Shown here: positions 1-7,593 of the stretch, in pieces
Position numbering within the stretch: position 1 is the stretch's first letter
Layout of the letters: every line of letters begins with the position of its first letter
DNA from: a virus
Taxonomy: Duplodnaviria > Heunggongvirae > Uroviricota > Caudoviricetes
IMG/VR virus record: IMGVR_UViG_2681813261_000008
Length of the DNA stretch: 9,143 nt
Reading direction: 5' to 3' (one strand)
Made by a program: the position numbers and the translations under genes
The notes under the pieces: generated by a model
The model's database searches: none
Told to the model about the DNA's origin: nothing
Seen by the model: the letters and a program-made list of their open reading frames with translations, nothing else

Positions 1-936
1 ATAATCCGGCGCAAGATGGGCATAAATCATCGTTGTCTGAATCTTTGCGTGCCCCAGAATTTTCTGGAGCGTCAGAATATTGCCGCCGTTCATCATGAAA
101 TGACTGGCGAAGGTGTGGCGCAGCGCATGAACAGCCTGGCCGTCAGGAACATCAGGTGCGACCGTTTTGATGACATCGCGAACCAATGAATAATCCAGCG
201 TCGGAAACACCAGTTTCCCGCCCCGTTTTTTGATCTTTTCAAACAGGCTTTCAGAAATAGGAACGGTACGGTTTTTGCTGTTCTTCGTTTTTGAAAAAGT
301 GATTCGACAATGAAGAACACGGCGCTGCTCCAGTGCCGCTACCTCGCCCCATCGCGCCCCGGTCGACAGAAGGATTTCGACGGCCAGCCGTTCATCGGGA
401 TTTTCAGCCAGTGCATCCAGCAACTGAACACATTCAGACTTACTCAGATATCCCATTTCACGCTCGTTAACCTTCATTCCTTTAAGGCCTTGAACGGGGT
501 TATCGTTAAGAAAATGGCCGGATGAGATGAGTGCGGTAAACATCGCGCTTAACGCCCCAATCTCTCGATTTATGGTGCTGGGCTGTATCCCCTGCTCTAT
601 CCTGGACACACGTAGCTCGGTGAGCATCGTTGTATTAAGTTTATGCACGCACGGGTCATCCATTGCCTCACTCAAGCGCAGCAATTTAAGGCGCGTGTTA
701 TGCCCTGACTTCATTAGCTGGCCGTGGTATTTCCACCACAAGTCAATAAGCACTGACAGCGGACGGCGATCAATGGAGTTTCCTTTCCACTCATTGTTAT
801 GCTGTTGCGCCAGCACCCACCGCTCATATAAAACTGCATCCGATTTCGTTTTAAATTTTTTGCGAATGCGTTTGCCTTTACGCCCCTCAGGACGCATGTC
901 AAGAAGATACCCTCCCGGAATTGATTTTATGCTCAT
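1..936 (-). CDS. int: Tyrosine site-specific integrase (phage integrase family), C-terminus runs off the window start
   Basis: Reverse-complement translation in the frame ending at nt 1 is open for 312 codons from ATG at 936-934: MSIKSIPGGYLLDMRPEGRKGKRIRKKF ... LLSTGARWGEVAALEQ ... AVHALRHTFASHFMMNGGNILTLQKILGHAKIQTTMIYAHLAPDY. It contains the ARWGE box and the HxLRHT ... LGH ... Y catalytic region typical of P2/186-type integrases. The ORF-track entries here (93..320 minus, 310..525 plus, 527..985 plus) are in other frames. The reading frame stays open upstream of 936, so the start is chosen by the family-typical MSIK N-terminus. Confidence 0.9.
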   Translation of the reverse strand, partial: MSIKSIPGGYLLDMRPEGRKGKRIRKKFKTKSDAVLYERWVLAQQHNNEWKGNSIDRRPLSVLIDLWWKYHGQLMKSGHNTRLKLLRLSEAMDDPCVHKLNTTMLTELRVSRIEQGIQPSTINREIGALSAMFTALISSGHFLNDNPVQGLKGMKVNEREMGYLSKSECVQLLDALAENPDERLAVEILLSTGARWGEVAALEQRRVLHCRITFSKTKNSKNRTVPISESLFEKIKKRGGKLVFPTLDYSLVRDVIKTVAPDVPDGQAVHALRHTFASHFMMNGGNILTLQKILGHAKIQTTMIYAHLAPDY

Positions 937-985
937 TCGTGAAGCCCCAGCGTTACAAGACCACCATGCCCCCAGCGTTCCATGA

Positions 986-1297
986 TTAGCCGGGCTGTGT
1001 GCCAGTCTTGCGGGATTTTTGAGAAGACGATGTGTTTTCTGGCCCATCAGGGGAGAGAGAAGGACTGATCTGCCCAGCAGCCTCATTTGTTTCGTTACTC
1101 ATCAACCACGTAGTGTATTTTTTAAATTCCGGGTGCATTGTGATTTTCAGTAAAACCTCCGTTCCCACACCTCGAATACCAGTCTCGTATTGCTTAACCG
1201 TACCAACCGCAATACCTATTGAATCCGCGAACTTTGCCTGACTAAGCCCCTCAGATTCTCGAATTGCTTTTAGCTTCTTTGATATCTCTATTGACAT
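986..1297 (-). CDS. CI-like repressor, XRE-family helix-turn-helix DNA-binding protein (about 103 aa)
   Basis: Minus-strand ORF 986..1399. Chosen start is the internal ATG at 1297-1295 (MSIEISKKLKAIRESEGLSQAKFADSIGIAVGTVKQYETG...), preceded by AGGTG. LSQAKFADSIGIAVGTVKQYE is a canonical XRE/Cro-CI HTH. It sits immediately upstream of int in the same orientation. Starting at 1399 would overlap the divergent gene at 1393. Confidence 0.75.
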   Translation of the reverse strand: MSIEISKKLKAIRESEGLSQAKFADSIGIAVGTVKQYETGIRGVGTEVLLKITMHPEFKKYTTWLMSNETNEAAGQISPSLSPDGPENTSSSQKSRKTGTQPG

Positions 1298-1320
1298 GGT
1301 GTGCACCTGAATACTATATT
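1291..1320 (+). promoter_or_regulatory. Candidate rightward early promoter: TTGACA (1291-1296), 18-bp spacer, TATATT (1315-1320), overlapping the repressor start codon
   Basis: Consensus -35 hexamer and a 5/6 -10 hexamer read directly on the plus strand. Position fits a face-to-face lysis/lysogeny switch as in P2/186. Not experimentally supported. Confidence 0.4.
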
Positions 1321-1388
1321 GGTTATCAGTTGAGTACCACTTGACGCTACAAAGAGCCACAAATAGCACCAGATTGAATAGGTTATCA
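1321..1388. repeat. Two exact copies of GGTTATCA (1321-1328 and 1381-1388) 60 bp apart in the repressor/early-operon switch region; candidate operator half-sites
   Basis: Exact 8-mer direct repeat inside a 95-bp intergenic region. The first copy lies just downstream of the candidate -10, the second just upstream of the ATG at 1393. Confidence 0.35.
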
Positions 1389-1392
1389 CACC

Positions 1393-1671
1393 ATGGCAAA
1401 AGTCCTTAACACATACGAACAAGCGGATTTTGAGCGTTTGGCGGCGTTCTACCCATACCGTAATGAACATGGGCTACCGGTACTTGAAGAAAGCCTAGAG
1501 GATTATGCGAAACGCACAAATCAAAGCATTCTCGCTGTAAGAAGGCAGGCTGATAGATCGGTAATTCCCGTTACTCAAGAAGGAAGAAACACAAAACGCA
1601 AAGTAAATCTCTTCGCAATTTTCCTGAAAACCATCAGAAACGCAGAGAAATACGTGCAGATGACAAAATAA
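1393..1671 (+). CDS. Hypothetical small protein (92 aa), first gene of the rightward operon; possible Cox/Xis/Cro-like DNA-binding protein
   Basis: ORF divergent from the repressor. The segment SLEDYAKRTNQSILAVRRQADRSVIPV loosely resembles excisionase/Cro-like HTH segments. No strong SD upstream of the ATG. Function is inferred from position only. Confidence 0.5.
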   Translation: MAKVLNTYEQADFERLAAFYPYRNEHGLPVLEESLEDYAKRTNQSILAVRRQADRSVIPVTQEGRNTKRKVNLFAIFLKTIRNAEKYVQMTK

Positions 1672-1685
1672 CGAGGTGTCATTTT

Positions 1686-2024
1686 ATGCTGAAGCAACGC
1701 CGTAATTTTTGTACCGGAACAGAACGCCACGCTAACCGTTTCACTACCAGTGCATCACGCAGCAACATCCGCTACAGCCTGAGTGATACACACGCAACGC
1801 CGGATGGCTACCCAGTAAAACAAATCGGCGAGCACGCCTGGCTGATTGAGAAAGCTGGAATCGTGATCCACAAATGCCCACGCAATCCGTTTACCGGAAA
1901 CCGCATTTTTGCACTGAGCTGTGGCGACAATCAGTTCGGGCAGGATTTCACATTATACGAAGCACTTCGCACGGTTGATCGTCTGCTTCGCGGGCAAAGT
2001 TTTATTAAACAGGCTGATTTATAA
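1686..2024 (+). CDS. Hypothetical protein (112 aa)
   Basis: ORF with SD GAGGTG (1673-1678) 7 nt upstream of ATG 1686. No recognisable motif. Confidence 0.55.
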   Translation: MLKQRRNFCTGTERHANRFTTSASRSNIRYSLSDTHATPDGYPVKQIGEHAWLIEKAGIVIHKCPRNPFTGNRIFALSCGDNQFGQDFTLYEALRTVDRLLRGQSFIKQADL

Positions 2025-2034
2025 CAGGTGCTTT

Positions 2035-2322
2035 ATGACCAAAGACAATGCACAAGGTGTATTTATCCGTTTTATTGATTTTCGCGGTGAACTGTTATTA
2101 CGTGCATCCGCTATTGACGGAGTGACTCCGGCGGGTAAAAACGGAGCCGACGAAGCCACTTACGTTTATCTGAACGGCACGCGACTGCTTGTGGAACTTC
2201 CGTACCAGACCGTACGAGAAATCATCAGCGAAGATGAAAAGGCACGCCAGGTTAATGGCGATGAACCCTATATCGAAATTATTTGTATGGATTCAGAAGC
2301 TGAAATACAGAAAGCAGATTAA
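2035..2322 (+). CDS. Hypothetical protein (95 aa)
   Basis: Internal ATG at 2035 of track ORF 1921..2322, chosen because it follows the stop of the upstream gene (2022-2024) and AGGTG at 2026-2030. The longer form would overlap the upstream gene by about 100 nt. Confidence 0.5.
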   Translation: MTKDNAQGVFIRFIDFRGELLLRASAIDGVTPAGKNGADEATYVYLNGTRLLVELPYQTVREIISEDEKARQVNGDEPYIEIICMDSEAEIQKAD

Positions 2323-2333
2323 AGGGCGTTGTG

Positions 2334-2645
2334 ATGGGCAAAGAATATAAAACTCTCATTAACAAAGCACTTGAGCGTTTTTATTTTCGCTTAAGTGCAT
2401 CAGGCGCTCATGCTGAACGTGCGGCCCGTGACTCATTGACCAGAGCAATCCGAAGTCTGTATGACGTGGCTTTTTACGCTGATGATCTGGATGCACTTAA
2501 CGAACTTTCCGAGCTGATCTGTGCCGCAGAATGCGGGGAACATATTGAACCGTATAAGCGGGAAATATCGCATGAGTATATTTATTTCATGGCTTGTTCT
2601 GATTATTTCGGTGGTCTGCGCCATTGGGATTATGCGAATTATTAA
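2334..2645 (+). CDS. Hypothetical protein (103 aa)
   Basis: ATG at 2334 preceded by AAAGGG (2321-2326). The track ORF starts at GTG 2331. No recognisable motif. Confidence 0.55.
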   Translation: MGKEYKTLINKALERFYFRLSASGAHAERAARDSLTRAIRSLYDVAFYADDLDALNELSELICAAECGEHIEPYKREISHEYIYFMACSDYFGGLRHWDYANY

Positions 2646-2679
2646 TTCAGTAAAAAAGATTGAACGCTTTTTCACTGAA
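2646..2679 (+). other. Inverted repeat / hairpin: TTCAGTAAAAAAG (2646-2658), 8-nt loop, CTTTTTCACTGAA (2667-2679), one mismatch
   Basis: Read directly. Lies immediately after the stop codon at 2643-2645. No downstream T-run, so not a canonical intrinsic terminator. Confidence 0.35.
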
Positions 2680-2771
2680 GAATAACCGCGCAAATAAGAC
2701 CCCAGGTTAAATAAGAAAATGTGAAAACAATCCGCATTCGCGGAGGTATTCGCACACGCCAAGGAGGCGTA

Positions 2772-2975
2772 ATGGCAATTAAGCATTTTCCTGTCGTTCG
2801 TTTCACCTCCAGAGGACGTGAATACGAAGTTGACGAACGCCTGATTACCACAATCGACAAACACCGTTCAGAAAAGGATGCACATCATATCTATCTCACT
2901 GACGGCACTTACTTCTGCGCCACCAACGTGGTGCAGGTGAATCTTATCAGACAGGTACAGGAGTCACGCAGATGA
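2772..2975 (+). CDS. Hypothetical small protein (67 aa)
   Basis: ATG at 2772 preceded by a strong SD AAGGAGG (2761-2767). The track ORF begins at GTG 2721 with no convincing SD. Stop overlaps the next start (ATGA at 2972-2975). Confidence 0.5.
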   Translation: MAIKHFPVVRFTSRGREYEVDERLITTIDKHRSEKDAHHIYLTDGTYFCATNVVQVNLIRQVQESRR

Positions 2976-3217
2976 CCATTCTGGACTACATCGCTGCCAA
3001 TCCGGGTTGTAGCAGTGGAGAAATCGCCGCAGCACTGAATACACCAACCACAACCATTAATGCGGAGCTACGCCGTCTCTGGCGCAGCGGTTTAGTCACA
3101 AGAAAAGAGCGCAAAACAGGCGGTCGCTTTTCTTATCAGGTAAACCTGATGCCGTTTGGGTGTAGCAACCCACTAACCCAGATGTTCAACCAGCTACTGA
3201 GGGAAATCAGAGCATGA
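2972..3217 (+). CDS. Putative winged-helix DNA-binding protein (81 aa)
   Basis: ORF with SD CAGGAG 8 nt upstream. The sequence DYIAANPGCSSGEIAAALNTPTTTINAELRRLWRSGLVTRKERKTGGRFSY has the helix-turn-helix plus beta-hairpin pattern of MarR/ArsR-like wHTH proteins (pattern recognition only). Confidence 0.5.
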   Translation: MTILDYIAANPGCSSGEIAAALNTPTTTINAELRRLWRSGLVTRKERKTGGRFSYQVNLMPFGCSNPLTQMFNQLLREIRA

Positions 3218-3358
3218 GCACCTCCAACTGCCGGAAACCACGTCGGGCTTCAGCAGCTCATCCGGCAGCAAAACAAACTCCATTAATTCCTGTTCCGGGC
3301 CTTTCCTGCACCTTGCGGCGGGAGGCCTTCGCACATCTGTAACAAGAGGATTGCCGCA

Positions 3359-3724
3359 ATGATTCTCGCCAACGACTTTCTTGAATACCTGCTCAACACA
3401 GAGCGTGATCTTGCCGCTCGCGTGCGTGATCGTTATGACATGTACCTGAAATCCCTGCCTGTACCGCAGCTCGCTGACGGAAAGATTGTTATTGATGGTC
3501 GCTACATGATTGACAGCCACGAGGGAAATTACAGGCTTTACCGCATTGAAGGTGGCACCCCGTCCGTTATTGGCATTTACCAGCGCCCATCCTCTGCAAT
3601 CGTCGATGTGATTGCCGACAGCATCCGCATCACACATCGCCATGCCGACACAGAAGACACCGTGCTGGAAATTCAGCGGCTGGCTACAGTCTGCCGCGAC
3701 ACCCTGAATGGCATGACGAAGTAA
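3359..3724 (+). CDS. Hypothetical protein (121 aa)
   Basis: ORF with SD AAGAGGA (3344-3350) 8 nt upstream of ATG 3359. Stop at 3722-3724 lies 6 nt before the gpA start. Confidence 0.55.
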   Translation: MILANDFLEYLLNTERDLAARVRDRYDMYLKSLPVPQLADGKIVIDGRYMIDSHEGNYRLYRIEGGTPSVIGIYQRPSSAIVDVIADSIRITHRHADTEDTVLEIQRLATVCRDTLNGMTK

Positions 3725-3730
3725 ATCACT

Positions 3731-6553
3731 ATGACGGCAGAGTACATCAGGGACTGGCAACAACCGCGCCACGCAGTGGGGCGTGAAGGAACGGGGATCC
3801 CCGCTCCTGAATCCGCGCTTTCCTCCTGGCTGGATGCCCACCGGGCAGAGAACGAGCGCCGCCAGGAAATGGCTGATGCGGCGTTCTCCGCCACGCCACT
3901 GGGCAACCTGATTAATAAAAGCCTGGACGCACAGGAAAAACAGGACAAAACCATCACACTGGCAGGAGACGCCAGAAAACAGGCACGCGGCGCGGTGGAT
4001 GAAGCCATGGCCTCGCTGCGCCTGCTGCCGTCCTATCTGCGCGATCCGCTTATTCGCCACCTCTCCTTCCTGCGCAAAAAACAGGAAGCCGATCGCCGGA
4101 AAGGCAAAAAGAGCTGGCAGGCGGAACGCTATGCACGCGGAACCCTGCGCAAAATATTCGAACGTCTGGATCGCACTGACGGACACTGGCTGACACCGGG
4201 TTATCGCTCCCTTGCCGGACGTGAACGCCTGGACGATTTGCTTTACCTGCCGCAACTCAACAAACACCAGATACAGACGCTGGCCACCATGACGGCGGCG
4301 ATGTTCAGCAGCACCTTCGAAAAACTCTGCGATGGTTTTGGCGCGACTGATGGCGAGCTGACCATGGATGTAACGCTGAAGGCGTATCAGATGCTGGCCC
4401 GCATGGCGTTACACTTACACGCCATGCCTCCGCATTATGACGCACTGACAACAGACAAAGACCGGAGGCACGAACCGGACACAGAACTGCTGCCGGGCGC
4501 AATCCTTCGCCTGACCTGTGCGGAATGGTGGAAACGCAAACTGTGGCTGTTACGTTGCGAGTGGAGAGAAGAACAACTTCGCGCCGCCTGTCTGGTTTCC
4601 AGAAAAACATCGCCCTATCTGAGCCAGGACGCGTTAAGCGAGTTTCGCGCACAGCGCGAGAAAACACGCGATTTCCTGAAAAGTTTCATGCTGGAAAATG
4701 AAGACGGGTTCACGATTGATCTCGAGACGGTGTATTACGCGGGAGTAAGTAACCCGGTTCACCGTAAGGCAGAAATGATGGCCACCATGAAGGGGCTGGA
4801 ACTTCTGGCCGAAGCCCGTGGCGACAAAGCGGTGTTTCTGACTGTCACCTGCCCGTCAAAATACCACGCCACAACGGAGAACGGTCATCCGAATCCCAAA
4901 TGGAACGGGGCCACAATGCGCGACTCCAGCGATTACCTGGTTAACACGTTTTTTGCGACGGTCCGCAAAAAACTGAACCGCGACGGCCTGCGCTGGTATG
5001 GCATCCGCACGGCGGAGCCTCACCATGACGGCACCGTGCACTGGCATATGATGGTCTTTGCTCATCCGGAAGAAATCGACACCATTGTGTCCCACACCCG
5101 CGATATTGCCATTCAGGAAGATCGTCACGAGCTGGGCGATGACATAACTCCGCGCTTTAAGGCGGAGTATGTAGACGGCTCAAAAGGCACGCCAACCAGC
5201 TACATCGCCACCTACATCGGGAAAAACCTGGACAGCCGCGCCGTGGATGGCATCGACCCGAAAACGGGCAAGCCACGCGTTGACCACGAAACCGGAAAAT
5301 CAATGGCCGAGAGCGTGGAACGCGCCATCGGCTGGGCGCGCCTTCACCGGGTCCGCCAGTTCCAGTTCTTTGGCATCCCCTCCCGCCAGGTATGGCGTGA
5401 ACTGCGCCGCCTTGCCAGCCAGATGGCACGCAACCCGGAAGGCCCGCAACGGCTGAAGGATGACGCAATGGATGCGGTTCTTGCCGCCGCTGATGCCGGA
5501 TGTTTTGCCACCTACATAGAGAAACAGGGCGGCGTACTTGTTCCACGCAAAGACTACCTGATTCGCACCGCCTACGACCTCGCCGATGAGCTGAACGATT
5601 ACGGCGAACAGAGCGTACAGATTTACGGGATCTGGTCACCACTCATCGGGGAATCCTCCCGTGTGTGCACGCATCCGGATAACTGGAAGCTGGTAAGACG
5701 CAAACCGGAAGCGGAAGACAGCGCCCGCGAAAATGGTTTTGACCTTCAGGGCGGCCCTGCCGCCCCTTGGACTCGTGGCAATAACTGTCCCCGTGTACAG
5801 GAAACGGACAACAACGGGACAGAACAGCCGGAAGAACGGCCAGCACCGTGGCCGCAGCTCCCTGACGGCGTTGATGTGGATGAATGGATGCGCTCACTGA
5901 AACGGCACGAACGCCGGGCGCTGATGCGTTCGCTTCGTGACAAACAGGCAAAAAACAGCAGTGATGAAATGCAGAGCTGGACACAGAGCCGCAAACAGCA
6001 GCGGCCTTTGCCTGATAACCACGAATTACTCGCTAAAGAATGGCGGGAGTCTGCTGAATCTCTCGGCCTGCATATCGGTGAACAACAGATGCAGCACCTG
6101 TTACGGGGCGGCAGTCTGTACGTTGACGGCAGCATCATTGCACCGCAGGGATTTGAAATTGTACGCAAACCGGATACCCGCCCGGACAGCCGAATCACGC
6201 AGCTCTGGCAGCGCCTGAGCCGTAATCATGGCGTAAGCAGCACGGAGATCCGCCATAACCCGGTCGCCAGCTATCTGACACAGCTGGGGGCATCAGACCC
6301 TGAAGCCGCCGCACGCCTGGCATCCACACTTCAGCAGGACCAGAACACCATGAAAACACCCGTTACCGTGCTTTCTGACATGCTGCGCGCCATCCGCGAC
6401 GCAGAGCACGCACAGAGAATCAGTGAAACCACTGAACGCGCCCGCCGCAAAGCAGACCTGCTGCGGGGTGGCCTGACCAGTGGAAACAAAAAACAGACAG
6501 AAACGGGACTCACGAATCCCGTAAATGAGCAAAAAACGCGCAGCGATATATGA
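3731..6553 (+). CDS. Rolling-circle replication initiator, P2 gpA-type replication endonuclease (HUH superfamily), 940 aa with a long C-terminal extension
   Basis: Long ORF containing an HUH motif (VHWHMMVF, codons 436-443) followed about 50 residues later by the paired-tyrosine motif SYIATYIGKNL (Y491 and Y495), as in phiX174/P2 gene A proteins. Sits at the end of the early operon as gene A does in P2. Weak SD, probably translationally coupled to the upstream gene. Confidence 0.85.
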   Translation: MTAEYIRDWQQPRHAVGREGTGIPAPESALSSWLDAHRAENERRQEMADAAFSATPLGNLINKSLDAQEKQDKTITLAGDARKQARGAVDEAMASLRLLPSYLRDPLIRHLSFLRKKQEADRRKGKKSWQAERYARGTLRKIFERLDRTDGHWLTPGYRSLAGRERLDDLLYLPQLNKHQIQTLATMTAAMFSSTFEKLCDGFGATDGELTMDVTLKAYQMLARMALHLHAMPPHYDALTTDKDRRHEPDTELLPGAILRLTCAEWWKRKLWLLRCEWREEQLRAACLVSRKTSPYLSQDALSEFRAQREKTRDFLKSFMLENEDGFTIDLETVYYAGVSNPVHRKAEMMATMKGLELLAEARGDKAVFLTVTCPSKYHATTENGHPNPKWNGATMRDSSDYLVNTFFATVRKKLNRDGLRWYGIRTAEPHHDGTVHWHMMVFAHPEEIDTIVSHTRDIAIQEDRHELGDDITPRFKAEYVDGSKGTPTSYIATYIGKNLDSRAVDGIDPKTGKPRVDHETGKSMAESVERAIGWARLHRVRQFQFFGIPSRQVWRELRRLASQMARNPEGPQRLKDDAMDAVLAAADAGCFATYIEKQGGVLVPRKDYLIRTAYDLADELNDYGEQSVQIYGIWSPLIGESSRVCTHPDNWKLVRRKPEAEDSARENGFDLQGGPAAPWTRGNNCPRVQETDNNGTEQPEERPAPWPQLPDGVDVDEWMRSLKRHERRALMRSLRDKQAKNSSDEMQSWTQSRKQQRPLPDNHELLAKEWRESAESLGLHIGEQQMQHLLRGGSLYVDGSIIAPQGFEIVRKPDTRPDSRITQLWQRLSRNHGVSSTEIRHNPVASYLTQLGASDPEAAARLASTLQQDQNTMKTPVTVLSDMLRAIRDAEHAQRISETTERARRKADLLRGGLTSGNKKQTETGLTNPVNEQKTRSDI

Positions 6554-6598
6554 AGCGCGCACAAAACAGGCAAAAACGGGATTTCAGAATCCCGTAAA
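6501..6598. repeat. Two copies of a 25-bp palindromic element, AAACGGGA-N9-TCCCGTAAA (6501-6525 and 6574-6598); candidate parC-like centromere or ParR operator, alternatively an origin element
   Basis: Copy 1 AAACGGGACTCACGAATCCCGTAAA lies in the last codons of gpA. Copy 2 AAACGGGATTTCAGAATCCCGTAAA lies in the gpA-parM intergenic region, overlapping a possible -35 (TTTCAG 6582-6587, 17-bp spacer, ATTAAT 6605-6610). Arms are identical; the spacers differ at 4 positions. Confidence 0.45.
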
Positions 6599-6629
6599 CG
6601 ATTAATTAATCAACATAAGGAAAAGCGAC

Positions 6630-7589
6630 ATGAAAATTTGTATCGACGACGGCTCCACCAACATCAAGCTGGCATGGACTGAGAACGGCGAACGCCGCAA
6701 CGCCATCAGCCCGAACAGCTTCAAGTCGGAATGGTCTGCGCCGTTCGGTGGCATGCAGCCCGCGAACTACATGCTTGATGGCGTGCGCTATGGTTTTGAT
6801 CCGGTCAGCGATCGCTTTGTCCAGACAACCGACACGCAATACCAGTACAGCGATGTAAATGTCATTGCCATTCATCACGCGCTGGTCAAATCAGGCATCA
6901 CGCCACAGGAGGTGGATGTGGTTGTCACCCTGCCACTGAGCGAGTATTTCGACACAAACGCACAGCCGGACATGGCCAACATCAACCGCAAAAAAGCGAA
7001 CGTTATGCGCCCGGTGGAGTACCAGAACGGCGAAGCATTCACTATCCGTAACGTGCGGGTTATGCCTGAATCCATTCCGGCTGGCTTTAAGGCACTGGCT
7101 GACATGAGTCCGTTTGAATCCCTGCTGATTGTGGATTTGGGCGGAACCACGCTGGATGTGGCAAAGGTTCAGGGGCAACTGGCAGGTATCAGCCAGGTGT
7201 TTTGCGATCCACACGTAGGCGTTTCTCTGATGGCCGATGCCGTACTGTCGGTGATGGCCACTAACGGTATGCGCACCAGTCACCACATCGCCAATACCAT
7301 TATCGAACATCGCCATGATGAAGCCTGGCTGCGCCAGCACATCCACAATGACGCGCATTACGCCAGCCTGATGGCGGTTATTCGTGAAAAGGAAGAAACA
7401 CTGAAACAACGCGTGATCCGCGCGCTGGCGGGTTTTTCGGGTTACGGGCGGGTGATGGTTGTCGGTGGAGGGGCGGAGATTGTGGCACCCGCTATCCGCG
7501 AAGCCTGCGGAGTTAATGCGACTTTCATCGCGGACGGGGTGCCACAGTTTGCTCTGGTTAATGGGCTGTACGCAATGGACAAGGAGTAA
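6630..7589 (+). CDS. parM: ParM/StbA-family actin-like segregation ATPase (type II partition), 319 aa
   Basis: N-terminus [31 protein letters not shown] is near-identical in pattern to plasmid R1 ParM as recalled from memory ([21 protein letters not shown]...HISPNSF). DDGSTNIK phosphate-1 motif, [11 protein letters not shown] phosphate-2-like motif and VVGGGAEI adenosine motif are present. SD AAGGA 8 nt upstream. Confidence 0.88.
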   Translation: [319 protein letters not shown]

Positions 7590-7593
7590 ACCA

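Noticed and set aside
93-985. ORF-track entries 93..320 (minus), 310..525 (plus), 527..985 (plus) and 714..902 (minus)
   Set aside because: All lie inside the integrase locus in the wrong frame or on the antisense strand. The integrase frame, which the track misses because it runs off the window, gives a continuous family-typical protein.
986-1399. Full-length 137-aa version of the repressor ORF starting at 1399
   Set aside because: It would overlap the divergent gene starting at 1393 and the switch region. The internal ATG at 1297 has an SD-like AGGTG and gives a typical ~100-aa HTH repressor.
2433-2864. Minus-strand ORFs 2433..2864 (143 aa) and 2672..2860
   Set aside because: Antisense to the plus-strand operon genes, no SD context, no recognisable protein features.
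3194-4267. 357-aa minus-strand ORF antisense to the gpA 5' region
   Set aside because: Overlaps three plus-strand genes with good translation signals. Long antisense open frames are expected in GC-rich coding DNA; no motif recognised.
4305-6573. Multiple minus-strand and alternative-frame ORFs inside gpA (e.g. 5157..5642, 5643..5984, 5746..6198, 6293..6562)
   Set aside because: Arg/Cys/Pro-rich translations typical of out-of-frame GC-rich sequence, fully nested in a well-supported CDS.
6606-7409. Minus-strand ORFs antisense to parM (6606..6878, 6875..7150, 6891..7409)
   Set aside because: Nested antisense to a gene with strong family motifs; no support.
7459-7593. N-terminal 45 codons of track ORF 7459..7905
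   Set aside because: Overlaps the 3' end of parM. The ATG at 7594 follows an AAGGAG SD, and ParR-like similarity begins there.
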